Positions 18,601-27,424 of a stretch of DNA of 64,000 nt are shown here, piece after piece. The notes under the pieces were generated by a model. That model saw nothing but the letters and a program-made list of their open reading frames with translations, searched no databases and was not told where the DNA came from. The stretch spans positions 1 to 64,000 of the forward strand of contig JAITVV010000080.1 in NCBI GenBank assembly GCA_031285625.1, written 5' to 3'. This DNA comes from Prevotella sp. Its GTDB lineage: Bacteria > Bacteroidota > Bacteroidia > Bacteroidales > Dysgonomonadaceae. Within the stretch, counting starts at the first letter, position 1; each line of letters opens with the position of its first letter. The position numbers and the translations under genes are program-made.

Positions 18601-20128
18601 TTTGGCTCAACTGATTTTCGACCTTAAAAATGTGAATCCTAAAGCACAAATCAGTGTGAAACTGGTTTCAGAAAGTGGTGTAGGAACGATTGCTGCCGGA
18701 GTAGCCAAAGCCAAAGCTGACCGTATTGTTATCAGTGGATGCGAAGGTGGTACAGGTGCAAGCCCGGCCAGTTCTATCAAGCATGCCGGATTACCTTTAG
18801 AGATTGGTTTGGCAGAAGTACAACAGACTTTGGTACTGAACGGTCTTCGTGGGCAGGTGTATCTGCAAACAGATGGACAGTTAAAGACAGGACATGATAT
18901 AATTGTTGCGGCCATGCTCGGAGCTGAGGAATTTGGTTTTGCTACAAGTGCCCTTATAGTGCTTGGCTGTATAATGATGCGCAAATGCCACCTGAATACT
19001 TGTCCTGTAGGGGTTGCAACTCAGGATGAAGAATTGCGTAAGAAGTTTATGGGACGTAGTGAGTATCTGGTTAACTATTTCAACTTCCTTGCAGAAGAAG
19101 TTCGTGAGCATCTGGCTTCGTTAGGTGTAAAATCACTGGATGATGTTGTAGGCCGTGCCGATTTACTGAAATATGTAAAAAGCGATGCGAATAAGAAAAT
19201 TGAAAAGATTGACTTATCCCGCTTGATATATTTTCCAGTTGAAGCAAAAGAGAATGCAATCCATCATATCAAAAATCAGGAACATAAACTGGATGATATA
19301 TTAGATTTGTCTCTGATTACTACTTCGCGTATGGCTATCGATAAAGCAATGCCTGTAGTAATGTCGAAGGTAATAAAGAATACAAACCGTACAGTAGGCG
19401 CTATGCTCTCAGGCGAAATTGCCAAGAAGTATGGCAACGATGGACTACCAGCCGATACGATACAATGTACATTTAGTGGTTCTGCCGGACAAAGCTTCGG
19501 TGCATTCCTTGCTCATGGTGTGACCTTCAAACTGGAGGGCGATGCAAATGATTATGTTGGCAAAGGGTTATCGGGAGGAAAAATTATAATAGTTCCTCCG
19601 GCGACATCGACCTTCAAGCCCGAAGAAAATATAATAGCAGGTAACACTTTATTATATGGTGCTACTTCCGGCGAAATATATATCAACGGACGGGTAGGGG
19701 AGCGCTTCTGCGTGCGAAACAGTGGAGCTATAGCCGTTGTGGAAGGTGCAGGGGACCATTGCTGTGAATATATGACAGGTGGGCGTACTGTGGTTTTAGG
19801 TAAGACCGGACGTAACTTTGCTGCCGGAATGAGTGGTGGTGTGGCTTATGTATATAATATCGATGACGATTTTGATTACTACTGTAATATGCAGATGGTA
19901 GAGCTTACATTGATAGAAGATACATATGACAGCCGCGAGCTTCGCCAGTTGATTACAAATCATTATAACTATACCAATAGTCCTCTGGCAAAACATATTC
20001 TTGATAACTGGAATACCGAAGTGGAGAAATTTATGAAAGTAACCCCTATCGAATACAAAAAAGTATTGCAGGATGAGAAACTGGAAGCTATTAAAAAGAA
20101 AATAGCACAGGTAGAATTTGATTATTAA
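15611..20128 (+). CDS. gltB: Glutamate synthase large subunit
   Basis: EHDACGVG, HSRFSTNT, QGAKPGEGGQLPG, GCIMMRKCHLNTCPVG. Confidence 0.98.
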   Translation: MQDLKSAIQHGLYDPNYEHDACGVGMVLHMKGAKSHAIVENGLRVLENMTHRGAENADNKTGDGAGIMLQIPHEFILLQGIPVPEKGHYGTGLVFLPKGKAEQESCMITLTQYIDKEGLKLLAVRDVPVNSEILGEMASFNEPHIKQIFVVGEEGISQDELEHRLYLLRKKIEKEIFNSKVFSLDTKRAFYIVSLSTKRIIYKGMLSSEQLRHYYPDLLNPHLTSAIALVHSRFSTNTFPTWDLAHPFRMVAHNGEINTIKGNRLWMEAREGVLKSELLGNINDLWPIVQPHMSDSASFDNVLEFLVMSGKSLPHAMAMMVPESWNDQNPISDDLKAFYEYHSLFMEPWDGPATLLFSDGRYAGGLLDRNGLRPARYLMTHNDVMVVASEMGVLPFEPSEIKEKGRLRPGKMLMVDTETGTIQYDAELKENLAKAYPYREWLSKNRISLDDISSGRTPKYSVDDYSKLLKVFGYYKEDIEKIIIPMAAEGKEPTASMGNDTPVAVLSNKPQRLFTYFRQLFAQVTNPPIDPIREELVMSLAGYIGSLHKNILEPMPEHTKMVGLSNPFLSNRELDLLVHLGYKGFKAEVIPMLFDPKQGGAGLEKAIDEMCRNAEKAVDNGSNYIVLSDRGVNPENAAIPSLLAVSAVHHYLIERRKRMQIDIVVESAEPREVMHFSLLFGYGANAVNPYLALAVIEDLVKKGDIHLDFYTAMKNYVKSINKGLLKTMSKMGISTLKSYIGAQIFEAIGISTGVIDKYFKGTTSKIEGIDINDIASDTIEAFYEAFEDDFVDPSLVSQGIYAWRRNGEYHAWNPETIMKLQMSTRLGSYKKFKEYTESIDKKPEKIFLRDFLDFDPAKKPIDISEVEPASAIMKRFVTGAMSYGSISREAHEAMAVAMNAIGGKSNTGEGGELPERFATNARSSIKQVASGRFGVTAEYLVNADELQIKIAQGAKPGEGGQLPGFKVDKIIAKTRHSIPGISLISPPPHHDIYSIEDLAQLIFDLKNVNPKAQISVKLVSESGVGTIAAGVAKAKADRIVISGCEGGTGASPASSIKHAGLPLEIGLAEVQQTLVLNGLRGQVYLQTDGQLKTGHDIIVAAMLGAEEFGFATSALIVLGCIMMRKCHLNTCPVGVATQDEELRKKFMGRSEYLVNYFNFLAEEVREHLASLGVKSLDDVVGRADLLKYVKSDANKKIEKIDLSRLIYFPVEAKENAIHHIKNQEHKLDDILDLSLITTSRMAIDKAMPVVMSKVIKNTNRTVGAMLSGEIAKKYGNDGLPADTIQCTFSGSAGQSFGAFLAHGVTFKLEGDANDYVGKGLSGGKIIIVPPATSTFKPEENIIAGNTLLYGATSGEIYINGRVGERFCVRNSGAIAVVEGAGDHCCEYMTGGRTVVLGKTGRNFAAGMSGGVAYVYNIDDDFDYYCNMQMVELTLIEDTYDSRELRQLITNHYNYTNSPLAKHILDNWNTEVEKFMKVTPIEYKKVLQDEKLEAIKKKIAQVEFDY

Positions 20129-20131
20129 GAC

Positions 20132-20203
20132 AATTAGCAAATTCGGGAATTAGCAAATTTGAAAATGCATTTGCTAATCTGCTAATTTTCGAATTTTCAA
20201 ATT
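20132..20203. repeat. Short direct and inverted repeat cluster in the gltB-gltD spacer
   Basis: AATTAGCAAATT twice, followed by inverted ATTTGCTAAT, TGCTAATT and AATTTTCAAATT. Confidence 0.65.
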
Positions 20204-20212
20204 ATAAGAAAA

Positions 20213-21637
20213 ATGGGAAATCCAAAAGCATTTTTAACAGTAAAGAGAAAAGACGCGGGATACCGTCCGGTACAGGAGCGTATTCTCGATTTTGGTGAAG
20301 TAGAACAAACACTAAATACAGAAGACAGGCGTGAACAGGCTTCGCGCTGTATGGATTGTGGTATTCCTTTTTGTCATTGGGGATGCCCATTAGGAAATAA
20401 GATGCCTGAATGGCAGGAATATATTTATAAAGGTAACTGGAAACTGGCAGCCGAGGTATTGATGCAGACTAATGATTTTCCGGAGTTTACAGGACGTATT
20501 TGCCCGGCACCATGCGAGAAATCATGTGTATTGTCTATTCATCGTGCACCTGTTACTATCCGTGAGAATGAGGCTTCAGCATTAGAGCATGCGTTTAGCG
20601 AAGGTTTTATTCAGCCAAAAGTACCTGCGCACCGTACAGGAAAGAAAGTGGCAGTAATAGGTTCAGGCCCTTCAGGTCTGGCTGTTGCCAACCAGCTGAA
20701 TCAAAAAGGACATGATGTAACCGTTTATGAAAAGAATTCACATATCGGCGGATTGCTTCGCTTTGGTATACCTGATTTTAAACTGAATAAGAATATTATT
20801 GACCGCCGCCTGAAGCTGATGGAAGCCGAAGGTGTAAAGTTTGTAGTAAATGCTGAGATAGGCAAGGATATAAAAGGGACAGATATACTGAAAGACTATG
20901 ATGCTGTCTGTGTAGCTATCGGCTCTCAGGTACCTCGTAACCTGCCTGTAGAAGGGCGTGAGTTGAAAGGTGTATATTATGCTATGGAGTACCTGACTGC
21001 TCAGAATAAGATGATTGCAAAAGAACCTGTTCCGGCAGACCAGATAATAGATGCAAAAGGTAAGAATGTGCTTGTTATCGGAGGTGGTGACACCGGTTCC
21101 GATTGTATAGGAACCGCTAATCGCCAGGGCGCAGCAAGCGTTATGCAGATAGAAATCCTTCCGAAGCCAGCTAAACTGGAAAATATAGAAAATCCATGGC
21201 CTATACCATTCCCTGTAGTGCTGAAAACTTCTTCGTCACATCTCGAAGGTTGTGAGCGTCGCTGGTCACTGAATACAAAACGATTTATCGGTGAAAATGG
21301 TAAGCTAACAGCCGTAGAACTTGTAGAAGTGGCTTGGGAGCAGGACGAAAACGGTAAACATATTATGAAAGAAGTAGGAAAACCTGAAATTCATAAAGTA
21401 GACCTTGTATTCCTTGCCCTTGGATTTGTGCATCCTATACAGGAAGGCTTACTGAAAGAACTGGATATAAAGACCGATGATATTCGCCATAATGTAGTAA
21501 CTGATGCAAATCGTGCCACAACTGTAGCTAAGGTATTCGGTGTAGGTGACTGTGTTAGCGGACAATCGTTAGTGGTAACCAGTATCGCATCAGGAAGAAA
21601 GACGGCACAGCATATAGATGATTATCTAAGAGGTTAA
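20213..21637 (+). CDS. gltD: Glutamate synthase small subunit
   Basis: RCMDCGIPFC..CP, FPEFTGRICPAPCE, GSGPSGL, GGGDTGSDC. Confidence 0.97.
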   Translation: MGNPKAFLTVKRKDAGYRPVQERILDFGEVEQTLNTEDRREQASRCMDCGIPFCHWGCPLGNKMPEWQEYIYKGNWKLAAEVLMQTNDFPEFTGRICPAPCEKSCVLSIHRAPVTIRENEASALEHAFSEGFIQPKVPAHRTGKKVAVIGSGPSGLAVANQLNQKGHDVTVYEKNSHIGGLLRFGIPDFKLNKNIIDRRLKLMEAEGVKFVVNAEIGKDIKGTDILKDYDAVCVAIGSQVPRNLPVEGRELKGVYYAMEYLTAQNKMIAKEPVPADQIIDAKGKNVLVIGGGDTGSDCIGTANRQGAASVMQIEILPKPAKLENIENPWPIPFPVVLKTSSSHLEGCERRWSLNTKRFIGENGKLTAVELVEVAWEQDENGKHIMKEVGKPEIHKVDLVFLALGFVHPIQEGLLKELDIKTDDIRHNVVTDANRATTVAKVFGVGDCVSGQSLVVTSIASGRKTAQHIDDYLRG

Positions 21638-21759
21638 GAATATGTTAAATATAGTTATATGTTAAATGATTTGACGGGTAAATGCTATGTGTAGACTTTT
21701 AAGTAATGTATCTTTACGCGTCCAATAAATATAGGAGACTTTAACTTATTAACTAAAAA

Positions 21760-22245
21760 ATGTCTATTATGAACAAAAAACTTATTTACTTATTAATGCT
21801 TGTTTTTACATTAGGTCTTTCATTTACAGCTTGTAGCGATGACGATGATGATGATAAAGTGGATTATGCAAAAGATATTGCAGCAACATATAATGGTACA
21901 TTAACTATACCTGGTCTTGCAGCAGAGCCTATTACTTTAACGAAGGATATAACTTTATCAAGAACCACTACTAATAAAGCAAAGGTAGAGTTGAAAGATT
22001 TAGTTCTAGATGAAAATATGAATGTAGGTACTATTTCGGTAGATAATATAGAAATAACTAAAAGTGGTGATACATATACATTAAAAGAAACAAAAACTTC
22101 AATAACTATTGATCTTGTACCTACTCCTGTAGATGTTGCTGTTTCAGGTACTGTAAAGGATAATAAGCTTGATTTGAAAATTGTAGTAACAAAAATTCCT
22201 GTTTTTGAAACATTGAATATATCTTTTGCTGGAACAAAAAAATAA
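21760..22245 (+). CDS. Calycin/lipocalin-like surface lipoprotein
   Basis: Lipobox FTAC followed by SDDDDDDK; beta-rich 'IAATYNGTL..FAGTK' pattern. Confidence 0.7.
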   Translation: MSIMNKKLIYLLMLVFTLGLSFTACSDDDDDDKVDYAKDIAATYNGTLTIPGLAAEPITLTKDITLSRTTTNKAKVELKDLVLDENMNVGTISVDNIEITKSGDTYTLKETKTSITIDLVPTPVDVAVSGTVKDNKLDLKIVVTKIPVFETLNISFAGTKK

Positions 22246-22283
22246 GATGAAATCTTGTTAATTAATCTTTTTATTATATTATG

Positions 22284-22316
22284 AGAGGCGGTTTTTGGAA
22301 GCAAAAGCCGCTTTTC
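22284..22316 (+). terminator. Terminator after lipoprotein gene
   Basis: GAGGCGGTTTT..AAAAGCCGCTTTTC. Confidence 0.6.
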
Positions 22317-22357
22317 TGTTTTATATTATTTATCTTTATCAGATAAGATATTTATAT

Positions 22358-22900
22358 ATGTTGGGATCTTTTGTCAAATTTGCGCTTATATTTACTTTTA
22401 TTACTCTTTTATCCTCATGTGGATCACAACGGCCACAGGGCGGATTATTATACGATCCTCGCGAAGTAGCTGAATTATCTGACAAATTAGGTATTCAATT
22501 GAGCAATTTGGATAAAGAAGATGATAAAAATATGCCGTTATATGCGGAAGTATCCCAATGGCTGGGTGTACCTTATCGTTATGCAGGATTATCCAGAAAA
22601 GGGCTTGACTGCTCCGGATTTGCATTTTTAATGTATCAGAAGGTATATAGGAAGAAAATACCACGCTCAACATCCGATCTGTCAAAGATGAAAATGCATA
22701 ATGTATCAAAGAGCGGTTTGCAAGCAGGAGATCTTGTGTTTTTTGCGACTTCAGGAAAGAAAAATAAAATCAGTCATGTAGGCATTTATCTCAAAGATGG
22801 ATGTTTTATTCATGCTTCCACTTCGCAAGGCGTGATTGTAAGTCACCTCGATGAGGGCTATTATGATCGTACATGGAAAAAAGGAGGCCGCTTAAAATAA
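22358..22900 (+). CDS. NlpC/P60 (C40) peptidoglycan peptidase, lipoprotein
   Basis: Lipobox LSSC; WLGVPYRY..GLDCSG, GDLVFF, HVGIY, FIHAS. Confidence 0.9.
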   Translation: MLGSFVKFALIFTFITLLSSCGSQRPQGGLLYDPREVAELSDKLGIQLSNLDKEDDKNMPLYAEVSQWLGVPYRYAGLSRKGLDCSGFAFLMYQKVYRKKIPRSTSDLSKMKMHNVSKSGLQAGDLVFFATSGKKNKISHVGIYLKDGCFIHASTSQGVIVSHLDEGYYDRTWKKGGRLK

Positions 22901-23028
22901 TTTAAACTTATCTTTATACCTCTGCTTAAAAAGTTCATTAGAACTTAAAATTTTATAAAATATTCACGAACTTGACCTGTTATTTAGCTGAATTCTTTAT
23001 TTTTATCCGGCTAAAAAAAAGAAACTGC

Positions 23029-23787
23029 ATGTCAATATCCAAAAATATATTAGGAATATCTACATTTTTATTAATGTGTTCTATGGCTCTTATGCCAATT
23101 TCAGCAACTACTCCAAAGAAATCAAAAACAGGTAAAAAGAAAACTAAAACAACTGCCCATGCACCTAAATCGGTGAAAGTAGTTCAGGCTTCTGAAAATG
23201 TCGCAATGATGACTAATACAGGGGAAGAGGTGTCTTTACCTAAATTTGATAAGATAATTGAGGATCATCACTACGATGTTGTTAGTTCAGATGTGCTTCT
23301 GGCTGATGCCGGTGCTGCTGTGACATTATCAATGGATATGATGAAACAGAGGATGCTGGAGAAAAAAGAAATGCAGGAACTTTCATCTGTATTAGGTATT
23401 TCTATTACTAATCCTGACTATTTAAATCTTTATCGTGAAGCTGCCGATTGGCTGGGAACACGTTATAGGAGGGGAGGTATGAGCCGCAAAGCTGTAGATT
23501 GCTCAGGCTTCACTAATATTATTTATAAAAATGTATATGATCAAAAACTGGATAGGGTAAGTACCACTATTGCCAAGAATGTAAAAGAATCGATCACAGA
23601 TAAGGCTGATCTTTTGCCGGGCGATATGGTTTTCTTTTCTACGTTTAAGAAGAAATACATTAATCATGTAGGTGTGTATATTGGTGATGGTAAATTTATT
23701 CATGCTTCCATCAAGAAAGGTGTTATCATTAGTTCTCTCGCAGAGGGCTATTATAGTACAGCATGGCGTAAGGGCGGTAGAAATTAA
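23029..23787 (+). CDS. NlpC/P60 (C40) peptidoglycan peptidase, secreted
   Basis: Signal peptide and Lys-rich linker; WLGTRY..DCSG, GDMVFF, HVGVY, FIHAS. Confidence 0.9.
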   Translation: MSISKNILGISTFLLMCSMALMPISATTPKKSKTGKKKTKTTAHAPKSVKVVQASENVAMMTNTGEEVSLPKFDKIIEDHHYDVVSSDVLLADAGAAVTLSMDMMKQRMLEKKEMQELSSVLGISITNPDYLNLYREAADWLGTRYRRGGMSRKAVDCSGFTNIIYKNVYDQKLDRVSTTIAKNVKESITDKADLLPGDMVFFSTFKKKYINHVGVYIGDGKFIHASIKKGVIISSLAEGYYSTAWRKGGRN

Positions 23788-23913
23788 AAAAAGATAAAAT
23801 AAAATATATAATGGGAGATACATAGCATCTCCTTTTTTTGTTTTTACAAGTTTAACCGAATCTTCATCGAAATGGAACATAAAAACCATATCTTTGTATA
23901 AATACATAAAACT

Positions 23914-24405
23914 ATGATTATGAATAAAAAACTGACAATAGCCCTTGTGGCACACGATCATCGTAAAGCGGATATGGTAGAATGGTGTTATTATAACTCT
24001 CACTTTTTAGCAAAGCATCATTTGGTGTGTACCGGAACTACCGGAACATTGATAAAAGAAGCTTTTGAAGAAAAGGGGATAGATGCTGAAATTACTCGAA
24101 TGAATTCAGGGCCATTAGGAGGGGATGCAGAAATTGCAGCAATGGTGGTAAGACACGAAGTGGATCTGGCTATTTTCCTTATTGATGACCTGAACCCTCA
24201 GCCTCATGAAGCTGATATTATGATGCTTCTCCGTCAATGTCGTGTACATAATGTGCCAATTGCATGTAACCGCTATAGTGCCGATTTGATGTTGACAAGC
24301 TCCTTGTGGGATGATGAGGATTATACTCCGACTCTGCCAAGATATGAAGTCTTTGACAGGGCTAAGTTTGATGCAAACTTTCGTAGAATAAAAGATAGAG
24401 ATTAA
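23914..24405 (+). CDS. mgsA: Methylglyoxal synthase
   Basis: IALVAHD, TGTTG, SGPLGGD, QPHEADI. Confidence 0.92.
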   Translation: MIMNKKLTIALVAHDHRKADMVEWCYYNSHFLAKHHLVCTGTTGTLIKEAFEEKGIDAEITRMNSGPLGGDAEIAAMVVRHEVDLAIFLIDDLNPQPHEADIMMLLRQCRVHNVPIACNRYSADLMLTSSLWDDEDYTPTLPRYEVFDRAKFDANFRRIKDRD

Positions 24406-24452
24406 AATATTCTTTACATACCATTTGGGCAGGTTTATGAAAATAAATCTGC

Positions 24453-25055
24453 CTATTCTTTTTCAATAAATCGAAGGCTTTCTACTTTACTCAACCTGTT
24501 TTTTAATTCCTTAAAAACCGATTTTCTTATTTCCAGTGTCATAATACAATCCATGTCATAACTCTGGTTTAGAATAGTGGGCTCCAGGTCTTTTACTATT
24601 TTCATTACATCATTCATAAATGGATACTCAAAGCTGAAAGATACCTGACAATCTACAGTTTTTTCAATGATCTCGGCTTCCGTTATCGCTTCTGCGGCAG
24701 CTTCCCTATATGCAACTATCAGACCGCTTGTTCCTAGTTTGATCCCTCCAAAGTAACGGATTACAGCAATCAGGATGTTTGTCAGTTCATTTGAGTTTAT
24801 TTGTCCGAGTATAGGTTTTCCCGCAGTACCGGAAGGCTCACCATCATCATTTGATCTGAATTCTTGTCGTTCCGCACCTAACATATATGCCCAACATACA
24901 TGACGGGCATCATAATATTCCTTCTTAAGTTTCTCTATTTCAACTTTAGCGTCTTCTACAGAAAGCACAGGGATAGCATAAGCTATAAATTTGCTTCGCT
25001 TTTCAGTATAAATAGCTTTGGATAAATTAGTTATTGTTTTATAAGTATCTTCCAT
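24453..25055 (-). CDS. yigZ: YigZ/IMPACT family protein
   Basis: EKRSKFIA, ARHVCWAY, DDGEPSGTAG, RYFGGIKLG. Confidence 0.9.
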   Translation of the reverse strand: MEDTYKTITNLSKAIYTEKRSKFIAYAIPVLSVEDAKVEIEKLKKEYYDARHVCWAYMLGAERQEFRSNDDGEPSGTAGKPILGQINSNELTNILIAVIRYFGGIKLGTSGLIVAYREAAAEAITEAEIIEKTVDCQVSFSFEYPFMNDVMKIVKDLEPTILNQSYDMDCIMTLEIRKSVFKELKNRLSKVESLRFIEKE

Positions 25056-25258
25056 ACGATACAAAGATAACAGTTTTAAGCTAAATCTTTAGCTCAAAGA
25101 ATGGCCTATTCACTTGTCGCCTTATTTGCCGGATCTAAGAAAAAAGTAATTTCTAACAGGAAAGATTGTTATAAGGATAACTTATTAACGACTGAACTTA
25201 TCTTTCTTACGATTTGTTAATTGATTATATATTATTTGTTAATCATAAAATAATAACC

Positions 25259-26341
25259 ATGGAATCAAAACTATGTGCTATACTGGTAGTTATTACTAGT
25301 TTTTTTGTTTATCCAATTCCGACAAAATCCTGTACTGGTATAACTTTGAAAAGTAAAGAGGAAACTATCATTGTTGCTCGCACCATAGAATGGGGCGGAA
25401 GCAACCTTAACAGCCAATATGTCATTACCCCCAGAGGGTATACTAACCAATCCTATATTCCCGGAGGGATGGGCGGTATGACCTTTACCGCCCGTTATGG
25501 ATATGTTGGATTGGCCGTCGAGCAAAAAGATTTTATAGCCGAAGGGCTAAATGAAGAAGGACTTTCGGCCGGCTTATTCTACTTTCCCAATTACGGGAAA
25601 TATGAAAATTATAATACGGCAAAGAAGGAAAAGAGTATAGCTGATCTACAACTTGTATCCTGGCTGTTAGGCGAATGCAAAACCGTAAACGAAGTTAAGG
25701 AAGCTGTTAAAAAGGTATGCGTTATTAGTATCGATCCACGTGCCTCAACCATTCATTGGCGATTTGCCGATGCATCAGGACGCCAACTTGTACTTGAAAT
25801 CATAAATGGCACTCCCATATTTTACGAAAATACACTAGGGGTACTCACTAATTCTCCCGGCTTTGAGTGGCATCTGACCAATCTTAACAATTATGTCAAT
25901 CTTTTTACAGGTACAGCTCCTACAAAACGCCTAGGAAACATAGAATTAACATCCTTCGGTACAGGAAGCGGCTTTCTGGGTATGCCTGGAGATATAACTT
26001 CCCCATCGCGGTTTGTACGTGCCGCCTTTTACCAGGCATCAGCACCACAACAGGCTACCTCATTAGGCACCGTTCTTCAATGCTTCCAGATACTGAATAA
26101 CTTTGATATACCGGTCGGAGTAGAATTTCCAATAGGACAGGTACCTTCCGATATACCAAGTGCCACTCAATGGACTTCAGCTACCGATATGGAGCACCGT
26201 ATTATATACTTTCGCACTATGTATAACAGCTCTATCAGAAGTATCGACCTGAATACGATCGATTTTTCTAATATCCAATACCGGGCAGTACCAATGGATA
26301 CATCAATGCAGCAACCCGTAGATGTAATAAGTATAAATTAG
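25259..26341 (+). CDS. Choloylglycine hydrolase / penicillin V acylase family Ntn hydrolase, exported
   Basis: Signal peptide then nucleophile CTG; ARTIE, GLNEEGL, VLTNSP, PGDITSPSRFVRA, TQWT. Confidence 0.88.
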   Translation: MESKLCAILVVITSFFVYPIPTKSCTGITLKSKEETIIVARTIEWGGSNLNSQYVITPRGYTNQSYIPGGMGGMTFTARYGYVGLAVEQKDFIAEGLNEEGLSAGLFYFPNYGKYENYNTAKKEKSIADLQLVSWLLGECKTVNEVKEAVKKVCVISIDPRASTIHWRFADASGRQLVLEIINGTPIFYENTLGVLTNSPGFEWHLTNLNNYVNLFTGTAPTKRLGNIELTSFGTGSGFLGMPGDITSPSRFVRAAFYQASAPQQATSLGTVLQCFQILNNFDIPVGVEFPIGQVPSDIPSATQWTSATDMEHRIIYFRTMYNSSIRSIDLNTIDFSNIQYRAVPMDTSMQQPVDVISIN

Positions 26342-26361
26342 AAAATAATTATTTAACTGAT

Positions 26362-26404
26362 TGCAAGAAGAGACTATTTTACTTTCTAGATAGTCTCTTT
26401 TGCA
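26362..26404 (+). terminator. Hairpin after the Ntn hydrolase gene
   Basis: GCAAGAAGAGACTAT..ATAGTCTCTTTTGC. Confidence 0.6.
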
Positions 26405-26547
26405 TTTAATTATGGTGTTAAATCCTGTGTCTTCATATCATCCTGTTCGCATTCATATCTTCCAATCTAAAAAAATCTAATCTCAGTATTATAGTCTGGC
26501 GAATGCGAATTAAAAATAATCCTCTGTTAAATCATCCATTTATATAT

Positions 26548-26618
26548 AAAAATAGAATGGTTGTCTCACGACAACCAATCTTCACTCCTAACCATAAATC
26601 TAATACCATGAAAAATAC
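26548..26618 (-). ncRNA. Candidate small RNA (~70 nt)
   Basis: Minus-strand TACATTTG -7 box (26623-26630) with CTTG 20 nt upstream; U-rich body GTATTTTTCATGGTATTAGATTTATGGTTAG; perfect TGGTTGTC-GTGA-GACAACCA hairpin then TTCTATTTTT; no convincing ORF. Confidence 0.6.
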
Positions 26619-26857
26619 ATTACAAATGTATAAGATATTTTTTATATATACAAGCAAAATAACATAAAAATATTTATATTTGTATCAATATAATATTTTT
26701 ATAATAAAAAATTAACCAAAATGTAATTTTTGTATTGGGCAATATTTGAACTATAGCTTCTTTCTTAAAGGGAAAATATCTAATAAGATGTTAACTATAT
26801 GGAAATTATATGGTGGAAATAAAGGAGTGAATTGCTCTATTTTTTTATATTTGTTAT

Positions 26858-27261
26858 ATGACGGATTTACAGATTGTAGATATAAATGACTTGGCAACAT
26901 CAGAATATGATCAGTTCAAGTATGTGGAATATAACGGTAAACCTTTTACAGAAAAGGGCACTTATAGGTATGGCTATAATTACGAATATAACCCCGAAGC
27001 ATATTCTTCTTTTCAGGAAGCAGACGATGATCTGAAAATATTTATTGAGCGCTATCTAACTTAACACGAGAATATTTATAGAAAATATGCCGGAGAGAAT
27101 AAAATAAAAGAGACTATACCTTATTTACGCACACTTCTGTCAGATGATAATCGTTTGCCTGAAAAGATATATATCGTGATGGGGGAGGAGGTACTTCTTA
27201 TTTGTATTCAATAGCACAGGAAGCGGAAATGGCTATTGGAAAAATAGAAGGAAAAAAATGA
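26858..27261 (+). pseudogene. Degraded gene (in-frame stop and frameshift), with YwqK/MORN-like and HEAT-like segments
   Basis: 68-aa ORF stops at TAA 27062-27064 but the frame continues (HENIYRKYAGENKIKETIPYLRTLLSDDN..); a shift near the AT run at ~27167-27174 gives YRDGGGGTSYLYSIAQEAEMAIGKIEGKK*. Confidence 0.5.
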
Positions 27262-27424
27262 TTTTCTTATATGAGAATGAAAATTCGTATAGTATTGGAA
27301 AAACATTATGGCATAGTTTTTGTTTCAATATAAATGATTCATTAATTAAGATTTTATCTGAAAAAGATTTTAGAAATAAATCTTATATTTGTAACATACG
27401 CATAGAACATCAAATAAGACGGTT

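Noticed and set aside
20132-20203. Possible mini-CRISPR array
   Set aside because: Repeats are 12 bp with 4-nt spacing and inverted copies; no cas genes
26446-26509. 9-bp inverted repeat TTCGCATTC/GAATGCGAA as an invertible promoter
   Set aside because: Short repeat, no TAnnTTTG box inside and no invertase nearby; plausible by chance
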